Shown here piece after piece: positions 11,619-23,537 of a DNA stretch of 64,000 nt (within the stretch, counting starts at the first letter, position 1; each line of letters opens with the position of its first letter). Made by a program: the position numbers and the translations under genes. Source of the stretch: Pelagomonas calceolata (taxonomy: Eukaryota). The notes beneath the pieces are model-generated. The model made no database searches. It saw only the letters and a list, made by a program, of their open reading frames with translations, and was not told the origin of the DNA. The stretch is taken from assembly GCA_918797485.1 (NCBI GenBank), contig CAKKNE010000003.1, positions 4,216,001 to 4,280,000 of the forward strand, read 5' to 3'.

Positions 11619-12419
11619 TTACAGCTTAAGGGTCGATTGCAAATCCTCGAACGCCTGCGTCTGCGCGGCCTGCGTCTCGCGTAATGACTTCATCAACCTC
11701 TCTTCATGCTCGGCCATTTCTCTGATCAACCGTTGCGCTTCCAGCGCGCGCGCCGTCTCCGCGTCCACCGCGTCCGCGTACTGCTGCTTGACCCGTCGCT
11801 CGCGCTCCGCCCGCCGCTCCTCCTTGACCTGGCGATGCCGTTCATGCGCCTCGCGTCCGATCAAGTTGAGCGTCCGGTGCTTGGCCTGGAGGTTCACCAT
11901 GTCGCGCTCGTGGCGCGCGTTCAGCTCGGCCAGCGTCTGCTTGACCTTGTTGGAGGTGTCGCGCCGTCTAGATTCGGCCAGAGCTCTACTAGCACGAATA
12001 TGCTCCCGTTGCGAGACCTTCGCCGTCGTCACGGCCTGCTGCAGGGCCGAGATCGTGATCTCGCGCTCGGCCTTGAGCCGTTTTTTTTGCTCCGCGAAGA
12101 GCAAATTGCGTTTTTTGAGGGCCATGATCTCCGACGTCCGCGACTTCGTCTCCGCGATTTTTTTGCGGGCGCGCTCCTCCGCGAGCTGGAGGTGCTGGAT
12201 GCGGTTCGCGAGGAGCTTCATGTCCGCCTCGGAGCGGATGCGCTGGTTCTTCGCGTCGCACATGACGCTCGTCGTCGAGGCCGCGGGCCAGATGTGCCGC
12301 GCGGACGCGCCGTGGCCCGGCTGCGTCTCCTCTAATACTTGACTCCGCTGCACTTCGACGGTCATGTCGGCGGCGGGCGTCGTCTCGGCGGCGGGCTCGG
12401 CGGCCGCTGCCTCGGCCAT
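11619..12419 (-). CDS. Coiled-coil protein (266 aa)
   Basis: Long heptad-rich ORF with typical GC3 codon usage. Confidence 0.75.
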   Translation of the reverse strand: MAEAAAAEPAAETTPAADMTVEVQRSQVLEETQPGHGASARHIWPAASTTSVMCDAKNQRIRSEADMKLLANRIQHLQLAEERARKKIAETKSRTSEIMALKKRNLLFAEQKKRLKAEREITISALQQAVTTAKVSQREHIRASRALAESRRRDTSNKVKQTLAELNARHERDMVNLQAKHRTLNLIGREAHERHRQVKEERRAERERRVKQQYADAVDAETARALEAQRLIREMAEHEERLMKSLRETQAAQTQAFEDLQSTLKL

Positions 12420-12960
12420 CGTCGCGTGTCTCCGCTAGTCGCGGTCACAAGGGCAGCCTCGGCGCTGCTTGGACTGTTCTGGGCAGCCTCCGCGCTTCGC
12501 GGCGCGTGAAGGCAGCCTCGCAAAGGGCCGGGTTTGGCCTCTACGTGTTTGTGCGGTGCCGGCAAAGGGCAGCCTTCGGCGGCGCTAGTTACGTGCGCGA
12601 CGTCGGTGGTGCTTAGCTCCTCGCGTGCGCAGCGTTCGGCGTCGCTCCCGCGTCTCACGGCAACGAGGCGGCGCTCCAGCGCGGCGCTCACTAGAAGTTA
12701 CTTAGGATACATGGCGACTCGCGGCGCCGCAGCGGCCCCCGGCGTTCCCCGGGCCACGCAAGTCTCGGCGCGGAGACCTGCGGCCCCGGCGGACGCACCT
12801 TCGCCGGCCCGCGCGGCGCGGCCGCGGACCGGGATCAGGTACTCCTACTCGCAGCCCGGCCGCATGTCTCCGCGTCGAGCCCTACGCCGTCGACGCGACA
12901 TCCCCCGGCGGCAAGAGCCCTGCTCGACGACGAATAAAACACACCACACTTATTAAACAA

Positions 12961-14070
12961 CTACCGCGCCATGTAGAACTGGCGCCAGACCGCGCGCGCC
13001 GCGTGGAATATCGTAGCGTGGCGCCGCGCCAGGCGACGTCGATCCCGATCGTAGCCGCCGCCGATGACGGTCGCCACAGGTATTGAACGAGAAGCACATT
13101 CGCGTAGCACCGCCGTGTCGCGCGCCAGCATGCCCGCGTCAGTCAACTCCAGATGACCCAATCCATCGACTTCATGCGCGTCCGCGCCCGCATCATACAG
13201 GACTAACGTAGGTTCAAAGGAGTCCAGGATCGCCGGTAGATTGACAGAGATAGCGTCCAACATCTCCGCATCCCCACTCCCACGTTCCAGGGCCGTATCT
13301 AGCGACGACCGGTCCTTCCCCAAATGGGGCGCGTGCTTCTCGCTGAAGCCGAAGGGGAAATTCACAGAACAGTGCACCGACCACGTATAACAGCGGTCAT
13401 GACCCTGCAAAATCTGCGCCGTGCCGTCGCCCTGGTGGACGTCGAGGTCGACAATTAACACCCTCGCTGTCGCACTCCGTGCGCACTCGTCGAGTGCTGT
13501 GACGGCCAGGTCGTTGTAGATCGTGTAGCCGGAGCCGTACGTTTTGTGGGCGTGGTGCGTCCCGCCGCCCAGTTGGCACGCGAGGCCGTGCTTGAGAGCT
13601 AGATCCCTAGCTCGTAACGTGCCGGCTATTTCTAACCTTGTACGTCTCATCAGCAGCGCGTGGTCCGGCCGCGCCACGAAGCCAATCCGCCGCCAGAGCG
13701 AAACCTCGAGGGAATCGCCCTCGATGGCCTCCACATAACTCGCATCATGGGCCCTCCGGATGGCCGCATCTAGGACACTACTGTTGGCTTCATCCCGGGG
13801 AGCGAAGAGCTCGGTCTCGCTCGTTACCAGTCCCGCGTCAATAAGTTCTCGTCGCAAATCATCAAATTTCCACATGGCGAAGCGGTGCGTGACCGGCCAG
13901 GGGATGCTGAGCTCCGGATGCCACACGAACGGCGGCGCCTGCCGCGTCCAGGCGGCGCCCGCCGCGGCCGACGAGTAGCCCGGCGGCGCGGGCGCCGGTT
14001 GTATCATCTCGGCTTGCGTGGCGAAGAGGCGGCCGCATCGTATTGTAGCGACGGCGCGGCGGAAGAGCAT
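12961..14070 (-). CDS. Histone deacetylase-family protein (HDAC11/class IV-like), probable mitochondrial leader
   Basis: HRFAMWKF, GGGTHHA, IYNDLAV, DLDVHQGDGT, DAGAD, GGGY motifs; start MLFRRAVATIRCGRLFA at 14070. Confidence 0.9.
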   Translation of the reverse strand: MLFRRAVATIRCGRLFATQAEMIQPAPAPPGYSSAAAGAAWTRQAPPFVWHPELSIPWPVTHRFAMWKFDDLRRELIDAGLVTSETELFAPRDEANSSVLDAAIRRAHDASYVEAIEGDSLEVSLWRRIGFVARPDHALLMRRTRLEIAGTLRARDLALKHGLACQLGGGTHHAHKTYGSGYTIYNDLAVTALDECARSATARVLIVDLDVHQGDGTAQILQGHDRCYTWSVHCSVNFPFGFSEKHAPHLGKDRSSLDTALERGSGDAEMLDAISVNLPAILDSFEPTLVLYDAGADAHEVDGLGHLELTDAGMLARDTAVLRECASRSIPVATVIGGGYDRDRRRLARRHATIFHAARAVWRQFYMAR

Positions 14071-14407
14071 CTCTTTGCTGCACGCACCCTGCTCAGTGGT
14101 CGTGCTCCTCTCTCTGCAGCACAGCACGGCAGTCTGCGCTGCGCAGCCGTTATCGCCGCGAGAGCTGGATGTACGCGTTCGGTCGTGACCTCTGAGCACC
14201 AGTGCGGTGCTTCGGCACTCCTAGATTTGCCAGCGCGGCTCGCACACAAGCGCCAGCCTCGAGGCAAAACTTGAAAGCCACGCTGGCGTTGGCATAGAGC
14301 TGCGAGACGCGACTCGAACTTGCCGTCGCGGCGTCCACGCACTCGTCTGTGAGGTGCGACACGGCAGCATCGCTTGCGCGCATCCGTACGGCGGTGCACC
14401 CCCAGCG

Positions 14408-15715
14408 ATGGCACCAAAAGCCACCCTGCTCCTTTGCGCTGCCGTCGCGGCCGTCGACGGCTGGAAGGCGCCTCCCCGAAAACTGCTCAAGCCCCTCGCC
14501 ACGAAGCTGCTCGAGGCGTCGTTAGCCGTAGGCACGATAAGTGCGCTGCCGGCCGACGCGGCGCCGCCGCAGCAACAACACGCGCCCTCGCGCAAGTACC
14601 TCTTCGTGACGGGCTTCCCGTTCCCGCTCGGGCCGATCACGGAGAGAAGGACTGTTAAATCAGAACTTGTGAAAGGCAAGGTCTACGGATTTGTGCAGGA
14701 GCTGCGCCTGAGCGGAATCACCGCGAATTCTCGATGTACGGTGTTTCGCACAAAAGACAACGACCTGATCGTCTACGACCCCGTGGCGCCGACGGACGAG
14801 TTCCTCCAACAACTAGCATCGTTAAACGGGCGCGTGACGCACATTCTGTTAGGGGCAACGACGTATGAACACAAGGCCTTCGTCGGGCCCTTTTCCCGGA
14901 AATTTCCTTCCGCAAAAGTGTGGGCCGTGCCCGACCAGTGGGCCTGGCCCTTGGATTTGGCGCCGAAGGCGCTGGGCATCTTCGCAGACGGCGACCTGAT
15001 TGACTCGGCATCGTCAGCCTCGACCTACCCAGATGATTTTAGGGAAGAGTTCGAGGTGAAACTACTCAGACCGTCTCAGAGGTTAGGTCTCGGGTATGCC
15101 GCGTCGGAAGCAGCCTTGTATCACAAACCGACTCATACGTTAGCTCTCACTGATGCTATCGTTAATGTACCGGCAAAACCTACTCAAGACTACGAGGCCG
15201 ACAATCTGAGAGGCGTCGGCGCCGACGCCAAGACGGATAAATCTCTGGGGCAGCTCGTGCTCGCGCTGCTACGACTGACGGATTTCGAGGGTGGACGGGA
15301 CATCGTCGACGCGTACTGGTCAAAACCATCATCATCCGACTCCTTACAACGCGGCTGGGAGCGCAACGTGTTACTGTCCCTCTTCTTCGGGCCGGCACCT
15401 CAATCCATCGTCGAGCCGCACGCGTCTTTCTCCAAGCTGCCGGGCGCGTGGCGCGTCGCGCCCGTGACCGAAACCTTAGTCTACAAGTCCGACCGCGTCC
15501 GGCCCGAATTACAGAGGTGGGTCGACGACGTTTCGAAGTGGGACTTTACGTACGTCGCGCCGGCGCACTTCGAAGCTGGGAAGGGGTCGCCCTCCGAGTG
15601 GAAGAAGGCCTTCGGGCCCGTGTTGAATGGTGAGCGGGACCCGGCCTACTCCGCGGGCGACCTGCGGCTGCTCGAGACGCTGTCGGCGGCGATTCAAAAA
15701 GCGGGCGTAATTTAG
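14408..15715 (+). CDS. DUF4336-family metallo-beta-lactamase-like protein, probably plastid-targeted
   Basis: Signal peptide; PFPLGP.TERRTV..ELV, PVAPT.E, EHKAFVGPF..KFP.A.VW, PAHF. Confidence 0.8.
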   Translation: MAPKATLLLCAAVAAVDGWKAPPRKLLKPLATKLLEASLAVGTISALPADAAPPQQQHAPSRKYLFVTGFPFPLGPITERRTVKSELVKGKVYGFVQELRLSGITANSRCTVFRTKDNDLIVYDPVAPTDEFLQQLASLNGRVTHILLGATTYEHKAFVGPFSRKFPSAKVWAVPDQWAWPLDLAPKALGIFADGDLIDSASSASTYPDDFREEFEVKLLRPSQRLGLGYAASEAALYHKPTHTLALTDAIVNVPAKPTQDYEADNLRGVGADAKTDKSLGQLVLALLRLTDFEGGRDIVDAYWSKPSSSDSLQRGWERNVLLSLFFGPAPQSIVEPHASFSKLPGAWRVAPVTETLVYKSDRVRPELQRWVDDVSKWDFTYVAPAHFEAGKGSPSEWKKAFGPVLNGERDPAYSAGDLRLLETLSAAIQKAGVI

Positions 15716-15750
15716 TTTATGTGGTATCTATACAGGACGGGGCGAAGGGC

Positions 15751-16146
15751 CTAGCGCGACGACAGCGGCTTGCGCCCGGCCGACGCTTGCACGCGCGGCT
15801 GCTTCTTCGGTACTTCGAGGGCAACGGGCTGCATGAACCCCGTCGCCAGCGCAGCGACGAAGGCGACGAGCACCGCCAGCAGCAGCGGCAGCCGCGACCG
15901 TTGCGGCGGCGGCGCCGGCGCCTCGTCCTCGAGGCCCAGGTACACGGCGGCTTCTTTCCGCGCTTTCTCGGTCTCCGGGAACCACTCGTCGCCGGGCGTC
16001 GCTTCTACTCCTCCGGGCGACGGCGGGCACGTTTTCGTCGCCGGAGCCGAGACCAGGGAGTCCTCGTCGTCGTCGACGGTCGAGACGCTGCAGCCGAGCG
16101 CCGCCGCGAGGTCGTCGAGGACCTGGCTGCCCGTGCCCGTCGCCAT
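15751..16146 (-). CDS. Small single-pass membrane protein
   Basis: ATG at 16146, acidic N-terminus, hydrophobic LPLLLAVLVAFVAALA. Confidence 0.55.
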   Translation of the reverse strand: MATGTGSQVLDDLAAALGCSVSTVDDDEDSLVSAPATKTCPPSPGGVEATPGDEWFPETEKARKEAAVYLGLEDEAPAPPPQRSRLPLLLAVLVAFVAALATGFMQPVALEVPKKQPRVQASAGRKPLSSR

Positions 16147-16641
16147 TGTTCGGTCCTTATATGGGGGAGCTCCGCTGCCGGCGCGCTGTCGACGCGCGCG
16201 CTGCTTGGTTTGATCTCCCGGGCGCGTCGACGACGCCCGGGGTCGGCCGCGTCGTCGAGTTCGTTGAAATACGGGCGGCTCCCAGCGCCGAATCGCGCTG
16301 TTCCTTGGCAGCGCCTGATGGGAGAGCCGGACCGGAGAGCCCCGGCCGGGCTGCCCCAAGGAAGCATTGAGCCGTCGACGGGACGTGCCACTGGTCGGGA
16401 GGCATCGCAGGGAGGTCTGCGTAAACGCGATAAAACCCGCGCTCTGGCCCTCAAAAGCTGTTGTGAGGCTGCGGCCCAAAAGACCTCGTAGGAATCGCGC
16501 ACAAACGACCACGGATCATTACTGCTCGCCTGCGCACCGTGCTGGCACGCCTCGGTGATCTCCAACCGTCGCGACCTCGGCACAGCCTCTGCACACAATA
16601 CGCAGCACACCGTCGCGCACTGCTCACGCCGAGTGTCACCA

Positions 16642-17811
16642 ATGGAGGACACACCACCAAGCAGCACCACGCCGGCCCTCCGCGGCTTCGACATAGGAGC
16701 CGACCGCCGCAGCGTCGCGCGCGTCAAGGGAGGCACCTACGAGGGCGTCGTCCAGGAGAAGGACGACTTCTCCTGGGAGCCCAGAAGGTGGTCGATCAGA
16801 CCCGCGCGGCTCCTCTATGCCTACGCACCAAATAGCAACGAGCCGTCCGTGATCTACGACGTCGACGCGTTCCCGCGCACGGAATTGAATAAGGAGGTGG
16901 CGTGGGAGGGCGCGGTCCGGGCGCGGTTCCGCGACGGCGACGAGCTTTTGAGGTTCAAACGCGGACTGGAGGAGGCCGACTGTTCGAAATGGCGGCGCCG
17001 CGCCGATGCTTCTGAAGCTAAAGCAGCGGCCTATGAGGCGCTGGCGGCGCAGCATAGAAGGCGCTTCGTCGAGGCCGAGGCGGCGCGCGACGCGGCCGCT
17101 CAAAACGTGCGCTTGGAGAGCGAAAGGGCGGACGAGCTCGAGGCGGCGTTGCATGACGCGCGTGATGACGACGCGCCGCGGTCCTCCACAAGAGCTCGGC
17201 CGCGCGAGGCGTCAAAAGCGATCGCGCGCGCGCGCGACGATATTGTAGATGACGCGCGCGCGGCTTCCGCAGCGAATGACGCCCGTTTGGTTGAGGCCCT
17301 CGCCGACGTGCGCGCCGCGCATGAAGAACGGGACGCGACGCGGCGCCGGTGCGAGGCCGCGGAGGAATCGAGGAGGGACCTCGAGGCGCGCCTCGCGGAC
17401 TTCACTGTGAATGGGCGCGGCGGCGAGGAGCTCCAGCGGTGCAAGAAGGAGCGCAAGGTGCTGATCCGGGCCGTCCGGGAGCTGCGGCGGCGCGTGCGCA
17501 AGTTAAGAGAGGCCGACCGCAAGGCCGACGCCGTGTCGGCCTACTGGGGGTCCGGCCAGGAGCCCGTCGTCGCCTCCACGCAACGCGCCGACGACGACTG
17601 GATCGAGGTCTACCTAAAGGAGCTCCACGTCTCCGACGACGAGGACGAGGCGCCGCCTGCACCACCGCCTTCACTACCACGGGACGGGGACGCCTTCGAC
17701 GCCGCGGCGGCCGCGGCGCGGGACACGGCGGCGGCGGCGGCGCGCTTCGTGCGCGCGCGGCTGCCGGCGCCCTCGCCGACGACGCGGGAGCCGCGGGTCG
17801 AGGCCATTTGA
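16642..17811 (+). CDS. PH-like domain plus coiled-coil protein
   Basis: YEGVVQEK...WEPRRWSIRP.RLLYAY resembles PH beta strands, followed by a long coiled coil. Confidence 0.65.
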   Translation: MEDTPPSSTTPALRGFDIGADRRSVARVKGGTYEGVVQEKDDFSWEPRRWSIRPARLLYAYAPNSNEPSVIYDVDAFPRTELNKEVAWEGAVRARFRDGDELLRFKRGLEEADCSKWRRRADASEAKAAAYEALAAQHRRRFVEAEAARDAAAQNVRLESERADELEAALHDARDDDAPRSSTRARPREASKAIARARDDIVDDARAASAANDARLVEALADVRAAHEERDATRRRCEAAEESRRDLEARLADFTVNGRGGEELQRCKKERKVLIRAVRELRRRVRKLREADRKADAVSAYWGSGQEPVVASTQRADDDWIEVYLKELHVSDDEDEAPPAPPPSLPRDGDAFDAAAAAARDTAAAAARFVRARLPAPSPTTREPRVEAI

Positions 17812-18075
17812 GTTAGGGTGTTGTTTGTTGTTTACTATAGTGCTAGTGGTGCTTCGATACGAGTCCGCGAGAGTGGTCTGTCTGGGGTCGAGCGCGGCGG
17901 CCTCGCTCGTCGCGCCGGCCTGCGAGTAGCGGGCCCGCGACCGCAGTAGGTCTCGAGGAAGGAAGAGATACGTCCGGGCGCGGTAGACGGCTCTGGTGAT
18001 TGCGTGCGGGTACAAGCCTTTTTCAGCGGCTCAAGCCGGCTTGCACGCGCCCGGACCGCTTCTGTTATATAGATC

Positions 18076-21000
18076 ATGGGAACGAAAATCGCTGCCTCGC
18101 CCGCGCTCCCACGCATAAGAACGAAAATCGCTGCCTCGCCCGCGCTCCCACGCTGGCGGTGCTCCCGAGTAATCTGTTTGCTGCTGGCCGTGGACCCTAC
18201 GGCGGCGGCGTCGGCGCGCGGACTGGTGGCGCCTCCTTTGAACGGGACGGATGTTGTGGTCTCGCTCATGCCGCCCGGCACGACGAGAGCGACGCCGCGC
18301 GCGCCGGCGGTCGCCCGGGACCGGCGGCTGACAGACTACGCGGAGACGGACAAGATGCTGGCGAGCGACGGCGCCGCGAGCGACTGGTTCGGCGTCTCCG
18401 CGGCCGCCGCCGGCGACCTCGTCGCGCTCGGAGCGCCGAGGCACAAGACCGACGCCGGCGCGGTCTACGTCTTCCGGACGAGCGACGGCGGCGCCACCTA
18501 CGGCCAGGTGGCCAAGGTGGCGCACCCCGCGATCGCCGACGGGGCCTGCGCGGCGTCCTGTTTCGAAAAATCGTGCGACACCTGGTTCAACGACGGCTAC
18601 GCCTGCGCGACGCTCGAGGGCACCTACGGCTGCGACTGCTCGGGCTGCTCATGCGGCGCCGGGTACCTCTTCGGCTGGTCCGTGGCGCTGGCCGGCGACC
18701 GCCTCGTCGTCGGCGCCGGGTGCCCGGCCTGGTGGACCCTGGGCTTGTGCGACTACGCCAACGCCGCGATCGTCTTCCGCACGGCGGACAACGGCGCGTC
18801 GTGGACGCACCTCGCGACGCTGACGGCGGCCGACGCGGGGCCGGACACGCGCTTCGGCTCCGCCGTGGCCGCCGCCGGCACCGTCGTCGCCGTCGGCGCG
18901 CCCCACGACGACGGCGGCGGCGGCCTCCAGTCCGGGGCCGTCTACCTCTTCGCGACGAGCGACAATGGCGCGACGTGGGCCCAGACCGCGAAGCTCAAGG
19001 CCGCCGACGCCGCCGCCTACGACATGTTCGGCATCTCCGTGGCGACGGACGGCGCCACCGTCGTGGCCGGGGCCTTCGGCGACGGAAACGCCGGGTCGGA
19101 CGGGCAAAACAATCCGGTCGGCGCCGTGGGTGCGGTCTACGTCTACCGCGCGAGCGACGGCGCCCAGCTGGCCAAGCTCACGGCCGCCGACGCCGCGGCG
19201 GAGGACTTGTTCGGCTTCTCCGTGGCCATCGACGGAAACACCGTCGTGGTCGGGGCCCGCGGCGACGGCAGCAACGCGGGCGCCGTCTACCTGTACGACA
19301 CGGCGACGTGGGCCGAAACAGCGAAGCTCGCGGCGGCCGACGCGGCCGCGGGCGACCTGTTCGGCTACTCTCTTTCCCTGTCCGGCGACGGCCTCGCCGT
19401 CGGGGCCATGGGCGACGACGGGTCCGCGGGCTCGGTCTACCTCTTCCGCACGGACGGCACGACGTGGACGCAGTACGACGAGGTCACCTCCGGCGACGCC
19501 GCGGCCGGGAACGTCCTCGGCTACTCGGTGGCGCTGTCCGGCGACCGCATTGTCGCCGGAGCACCCAACGATGACGAGCTCGCCGAGAACGCGGGCGCGG
19601 CCTACGCCTTCGTCCCGGCGCCTACGGCTATACCCCTGGTAGCGGACGACACCACGATTAGAACGGCAGTCGCGGCATGGACCTCGGACGCGGCGACCGC
19701 CGAGGCGATGTACGGCCACATCTCGACTTGGGAGACTTCCGGGGTGACGGACATGTCGTTTTTGTTTTGCGTGCGGCAGGATTGGATGGATCATAATTGG
19801 ATGGACGATGCGGAATATTATGATCCCTGCGTGCTTCCGGCATCTGCGGCGTCCTTCAACGAGGGCATCGGCGCGTGGGACACCTCCGGCGTAACGAGGA
19901 TGTACGGGATGTTCTACTATGCCTCGTCCTTTAACCGAGACATCGGTAATTGGGCGGTCGACAGCGTCACGAGCTTGAGCGGGATGTTCGAACACGCCTC
20001 GTCGTTTAACCAGGACATCGGTGGTTGGGCGGTCCAAAGCGTCACGGAGATGGGCTACATGTTCGAAAGCGCCTCGGCCTTCGACCAGGACCTCGGCTGG
20101 TGCGTGGATGACGACGTCTACATGGTCGACGCGTTCTCCGGCACCCCGTGCGAATCGACGTCGTGCGGCGTCGTGCAAATGGACAACTGCCCGATCACGG
20201 GCTACGTCATGGACGACACCACGATTAGAACCGCCGTTACCGCGTGGTTTGCCGACCAGTCCGCCGCCGAGGCGACGTACGGCCACATTTCGACTTGGGA
20301 GACTTCCGGGGTGACGGACATGTCGTTTTTGTTTTGCGTGCGGCGGGATTGGATGGACGATCCTGATGAGGCGGAATATTATGATCCCTGCGTGCTTCCG
20401 GCATCTGCGGCGTCCTTCAACGAGGGCATCGGCGCGTGGGACACCTCCGGCGTCACGACGATGCACCAGATGTTCAGCTTCGCCTCGGCCTTTAACCAGG
20501 ACATCGGCGCGTGGGACACCTCTGGCGTCACGACGATGCAAAGTATGTTCCGCAGTGCCTCGGCCTTTAACCAGGACATCGGCGCGTGGGACACGTCTGG
20601 TGTAACGGACATGATCGGGATGTTCGGAGGCACTTCGGCCTTTAACCAGGACATCAGTGATTGGGCGGTTCACAGCGTCACGATTATGAGCGACATGTTC
20701 CAAGGCGCCTCGGCCTTTAACCAGGACATCGGCGCGTGGGACCTATCTGGCGTAACGATGATGGAGGAGATGTTCGACGGCGCCACGTCCTTCGACCAGG
20801 ACCTCGGCTGGTGCTTTGACGACGGTGTGAGCCTGGAAGGCCCGGGCTCCAATGGCCTATTCTCCGGCACCCTGTGCGAGTCGACGTATTGCGGCGTCGT
20901 GCAAATGGACAACTGCCCTACGCCTCGTCCGTCCTCCACGCCGACGACCGGCGCACCGACGTACTGGACGCCGGCGCCGACAGGTGCGCCGACTGCGCCA

Positions 21001-22530
21001 ACACATGCACCGACGCATGCACCGACAGGTGCGCCGACGCTTGCGCCGACGTTGCAGCCGACGGGCATCCCGACGCCGGACCCGACCGCGTCGCCGACGC
21101 CCGAGCCGACCCCGGCACCCACCGCGACGCCGACAAAAAAGCCGACTCGCGAGCCGACCTCGATCCCGACGGCGCAGCCGCAAGCCTCGTTCAAACCGAC
21201 TCGCGTGCCCACCTCGATCCCGATCGGTGCGTGCGCCGCCGGTTACTACACCTGCGCCAGCTGCTGCGACCAGGACGCGGACTGCTCGTGCGACGGGCAC
21301 GGCGGCGACGCCTACGACCACGACTGGCGCACGCCCAAGTGCCCCGAAGGATATTACGAGTGCGGCGACTGCTGCGACCGCGACGCGGACTGCGGCTGCG
21401 ACGACCATTGCGACTGGGGCTCGAACGCGGACTGCTCCCTCGCGTACGACGGCGACGCCAAGCCCGCGGGATGGTGCCCCGTGGGCTACCACGACTGCGG
21501 CCATCACGACTGTTGCGATTGGAACAGCGACTGTGCGTGCGACGGCGCGTGGCGGACGGGCAACGACGACGAGCACTGCGGCGTCGGGCCGACGGGCCAC
21601 GACGGCGCGCTGCCGGACTTCGAGTGCAGCGTGCGCAAAGGCTCGACGTCTGCTGGCAGCGTGTCCCTCTACGAGGACAAGAGCCGCGGCTCGGAATGCG
21701 ACGCGCTCGACTCTAGCGGAAATGTCGTGGACGCGGACTCCGCGGACCACTGCTGCCAGGGTGAGGCTTATTGTTGCGATTACGGGTCATGTAGCTCGGA
21801 TTCGGACTATTGTGGCCACCGATTCCGCTGTGGCGGCTCTCTCGAACCCGGGGACGGCGCGTGCGCCAGCATTCACGTGCATTACGGCGAGGCCTGCAGC
21901 TCGGCGCACGGAGAGGCGCACGGCTGCCCGATCGTGAACGTCCCGCGAGAGACGTGGGATTACGATCTTTGGAGCTGCGACGACTTGTGCGGGCGAGTCG
22001 GCGGGTGGTGCGAGCGCGCGGCGTACATGAGCAACGATCACTGCGGGTCCGACGTGCACGAGGAGTACGAGCTCTCGTGCGATCAGGGCATTCGTGATTC
22101 GGGTTTGACGTATCCGTCCCACACTCTGTGCTGGTGCCGGGTCGACGACACGGACCACTGGTGGGACTATTACCACGAAGAAGACGACGACGACGACGAC
22201 GACGACGGCGGCTCGGAGCTCGTCATGTCCGGCGGCCTCGTCGCGATCGGCCTCACGTTTACCGGCATCAGCATCGCGGCGATCGCGAATGCGGTCCAGG
22301 AACAATGCGCCTTGGGACCGACGATCGTCTACGAAGCTGGCACGACTCACCCCTACTACATCTCACCAAATCTATGCTCCATCGGGACCAAGACCTACGC
22401 TTCGAAGACGACCGTGCGCGACGCCTCGCCGCGCAAGGTCTGCCGCAAGTTCTGCGAGGCCGCGTCCGCCGCCGGGAAGCTGGCGCTCAAGCACGTGCAG
22501 GGCCTGACGTGCTACTGCAAACGGAGGTAG
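18076..22530 (+). CDS. Large surface protein: FG-GAP repeats, two DUF285/BspA-like blocks, PT stalk, Cys-rich repeats and a TM segment
   Basis: FG.SVA...VVGA...GAVY repeats; [18 protein letters not shown] repeats; PTxAPT stalk; hydrophobic segment near C-terminus; start uncertain. Confidence 0.85.
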   Translation: MGTKIAASPALPRIRTKIAASPALPRWRCSRVICLLLAVDPTAAASARGLVAPPLNGTDVVVSLMPPGTTRATPRAPAVARDRRLTDYAETDKMLASDGAASDWFGVSAAAAGDLVALGAPRHKTDAGAVYVFRTSDGGATYGQVAKVAHPAIADGACAASCFEKSCDTWFNDGYACATLEGTYGCDCSGCSCGAGYLFGWSVALAGDRLVVGAGCPAWWTLGLCDYANAAIVFRTADNGASWTHLATLTAADAGPDTRFGSAVAAAGTVVAVGAPHDDGGGGLQSGAVYLFATSDNGATWAQTAKLKAADAAAYDMFGISVATDGATVVAGAFGDGNAGSDGQNNPVGAVGAVYVYRASDGAQLAKLTAADAAAEDLFGFSVAIDGNTVVVGARGDGSNAGAVYLYDTATWAETAKLAAADAAAGDLFGYSLSLSGDGLAVGAMGDDGSAGSVYLFRTDGTTWTQYDEVTSGDAAAGNVLGYSVALSGDRIVAGAPNDDELAENAGAAYAFVPAPTAIPLVADDTTIRTAVAAWTSDAATAEAMYGHISTWETSGVTDMSFLFCVRQDWMDHNWMDDAEYYDPCVLPASAASFNEGIGAWDTSGVTRMYGMFYYASSFNRDIGNWAVDSVTSLSGMFEHASSFNQDIGGWAVQSVTEMGYMFESASAFDQDLGWCVDDDVYMVDAFSGTPCESTSCGVVQMDNCPITGYVMDDTTIRTAVTAWFADQSAAEATYGHISTWETSGVTDMSFLFCVRRDWMDDPDEAEYYDPCVLPASAASFNEGIGAWDTSGVTTMHQMFSFASAFNQDIGAWDTSGVTTMQSMFRSASAFNQDIGAWDTSGVTDMIGMFGGTSAFNQDISDWAVHSVTIMSDMFQGASAFNQDIGAWDLSGVTMMEEMFDGATSFDQDLGWCFDDGVSLEGPGSNGLFSGTLCESTYCGVVQMDNCPTPRPSSTPTTGAPTYWTPAPTGAPTAPTHAPTHAPTGAPTLAPTLQPTGIPTPDPTASPTPEPTPAPTATPTKKPTREPTSIPTAQPQASFKPTRVPTSIPIGACAAGYYTCASCCDQDADCSCDGHGGDAYDHDWRTPKCPEGYYECGDCCDRDADCGCDDHCDWGSNADCSLAYDGDAKPAGWCPVGYHDCGHHDCCDWNSDCACDGAWRTGNDDEHCGVGPTGHDGALPDFECSVRKGSTSAGSVSLYEDKSRGSECDALDSSGNVVDADSADHCCQGEAYCCDYGSCSSDSDYCGHRFRCGGSLEPGDGACASIHVHYGEACSSAHGEAHGCPIVNVPRETWDYDLWSCDDLCGRVGGWCERAAYMSNDHCGSDVHEEYELSCDQGIRDSGLTYPSHTLCWCRVDDTDHWWDYYHEEDDDDDDDDGGSELVMSGGLVAIGLTFTGISIAAIANAVQEQCALGPTIVYEAGTTHPYYISPNLCSIGTKTYASKTTVRDASPRKVCRKFCEAASAAGKLALKHVQGLTCYCKRR
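18080..18153 (+). repeat. Tandem duplication, 39-bp period
   Basis: GAACGAAAATCGCTGCCTCGCCCGCGCTCCCACGC at 18080 and 18119. Confidence 0.9.
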
Positions 22531-22800
22531 AGCCCTTCTGCCGCCGGCCCATCGCCGCCCCTCCCTCCCCAATAGACTCCATAGAATCCCGGCGCCTGGG
22601 AGAAGTAAGGCATGGTGTAGTTATGCTGCGTGGTTGTAATTTTCGTCGGCGTGGAATTGTTCCGAGGTCACGGCGGACGAGTCCGGCTCGGCGCGGCTCT
22701 CGAAGAACTTCCGCGACGAATGGGTCGCAGGCAAGTAAGCGGTCATCTGCGCTTCAGACGGAGTAACAGTAGCTCGGGGCGCGTACATGCTAAAAATGAG

Positions 22801-22822
22801 CTAGCGGCCTGTAAGACACTAG
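22801..22822 (+). promoter_or_regulatory. CTAG-box copy
   Basis: CTAGCGGCCTGTAAGACACTAG, about 157 bp upstream of NAA50. Confidence 0.7.
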
Positions 22823-22978
22823 GCATCCCTAGGATGCCCAAAGCCTCTCGACGCGCGCGCCAGGAGACGCCGTACCGTTGCGAAGCGCTCGCCTGCGACG
22901 CGCACGCGTGCAGCGCGCCGTCGCCGCGACGCTCTCGACGCACCAGCAGAGTCACAGCGTGTCGTCGCCGCGCCAGCC

Positions 22979-23527
22979 ATGGCCGCGATGGCGCCCCTCG
23001 AAGTGCAGATGGGCGACGTCAACGCCCAGAATTTGGGACAATTGCGTACCTTAAATGAGCACACCTTCCCCGTGCGCTACGCGGACAAGTTCTACGACGA
23101 GATTCCCACGCTGCCCGAAGGGCTGGCGAAGTTCGCGTACTGCGGCGGGTTTGCCGTCGGGAACTGCTGCGCGCGGCTCGAAGCCTTCCGTGATCCCGCC
23201 GAGAAGAGGAAGAAGCTCTATATCATGACCATTGGTGTGTTACACGCGTACCGGCGGCGCGGCATCGGGCGCAAATTACTGACGCAGCTCCTCGAGAGCG
23301 CCGCCGCGCGCAAAGACGTAAGGGTCATCTACCTGCACGTGCAGACGGGCAACGACGTCGCCAGAGATTTTTATGTGCAGTTCGGCTTTCGCGAGATCGG
23401 CGTCATCCGCGGCTACTACAAGCGCATCCAGCCGGACTCGTGCTACGTCCTCGCGAAGGCGCTTTCCGACGGAGACGACCCCGCTGCTTTGTTGGCCCAG
23501 GAGGTGCCGGGGCTCGAGGCGTCCTAA
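22979..23527 (+). CDS. NAA50: N-alpha-acetyltransferase 50 (NatE catalytic subunit)
   Basis: NLGQLR.LN...FPVRY..KFY, LYIMTIGVL..YRRRGIG, IYLHVQ..N, YYKRI.P. Confidence 0.9.
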   Translation: MAAMAPLEVQMGDVNAQNLGQLRTLNEHTFPVRYADKFYDEIPTLPEGLAKFAYCGGFAVGNCCARLEAFRDPAEKRKKLYIMTIGVLHAYRRRGIGRKLLTQLLESAAARKDVRVIYLHVQTGNDVARDFYVQFGFREIGVIRGYYKRIQPDSCYVLAKALSDGDDPAALLAQEVPGLEAS

Positions 23528-23537
23528 CACAACATTG

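Noticed and set aside
12534..12956. 140-aa Arg/Ala/Pro-rich ORF
   Set aside because: Low-complexity GC-driven translation with no domain support
18000..22766. Long overlapping ORFs (18000-19574, 18649-20703, 20852-21937 and others)
   Set aside because: Shadow frames of the GC3-rich 18076-22530 gene
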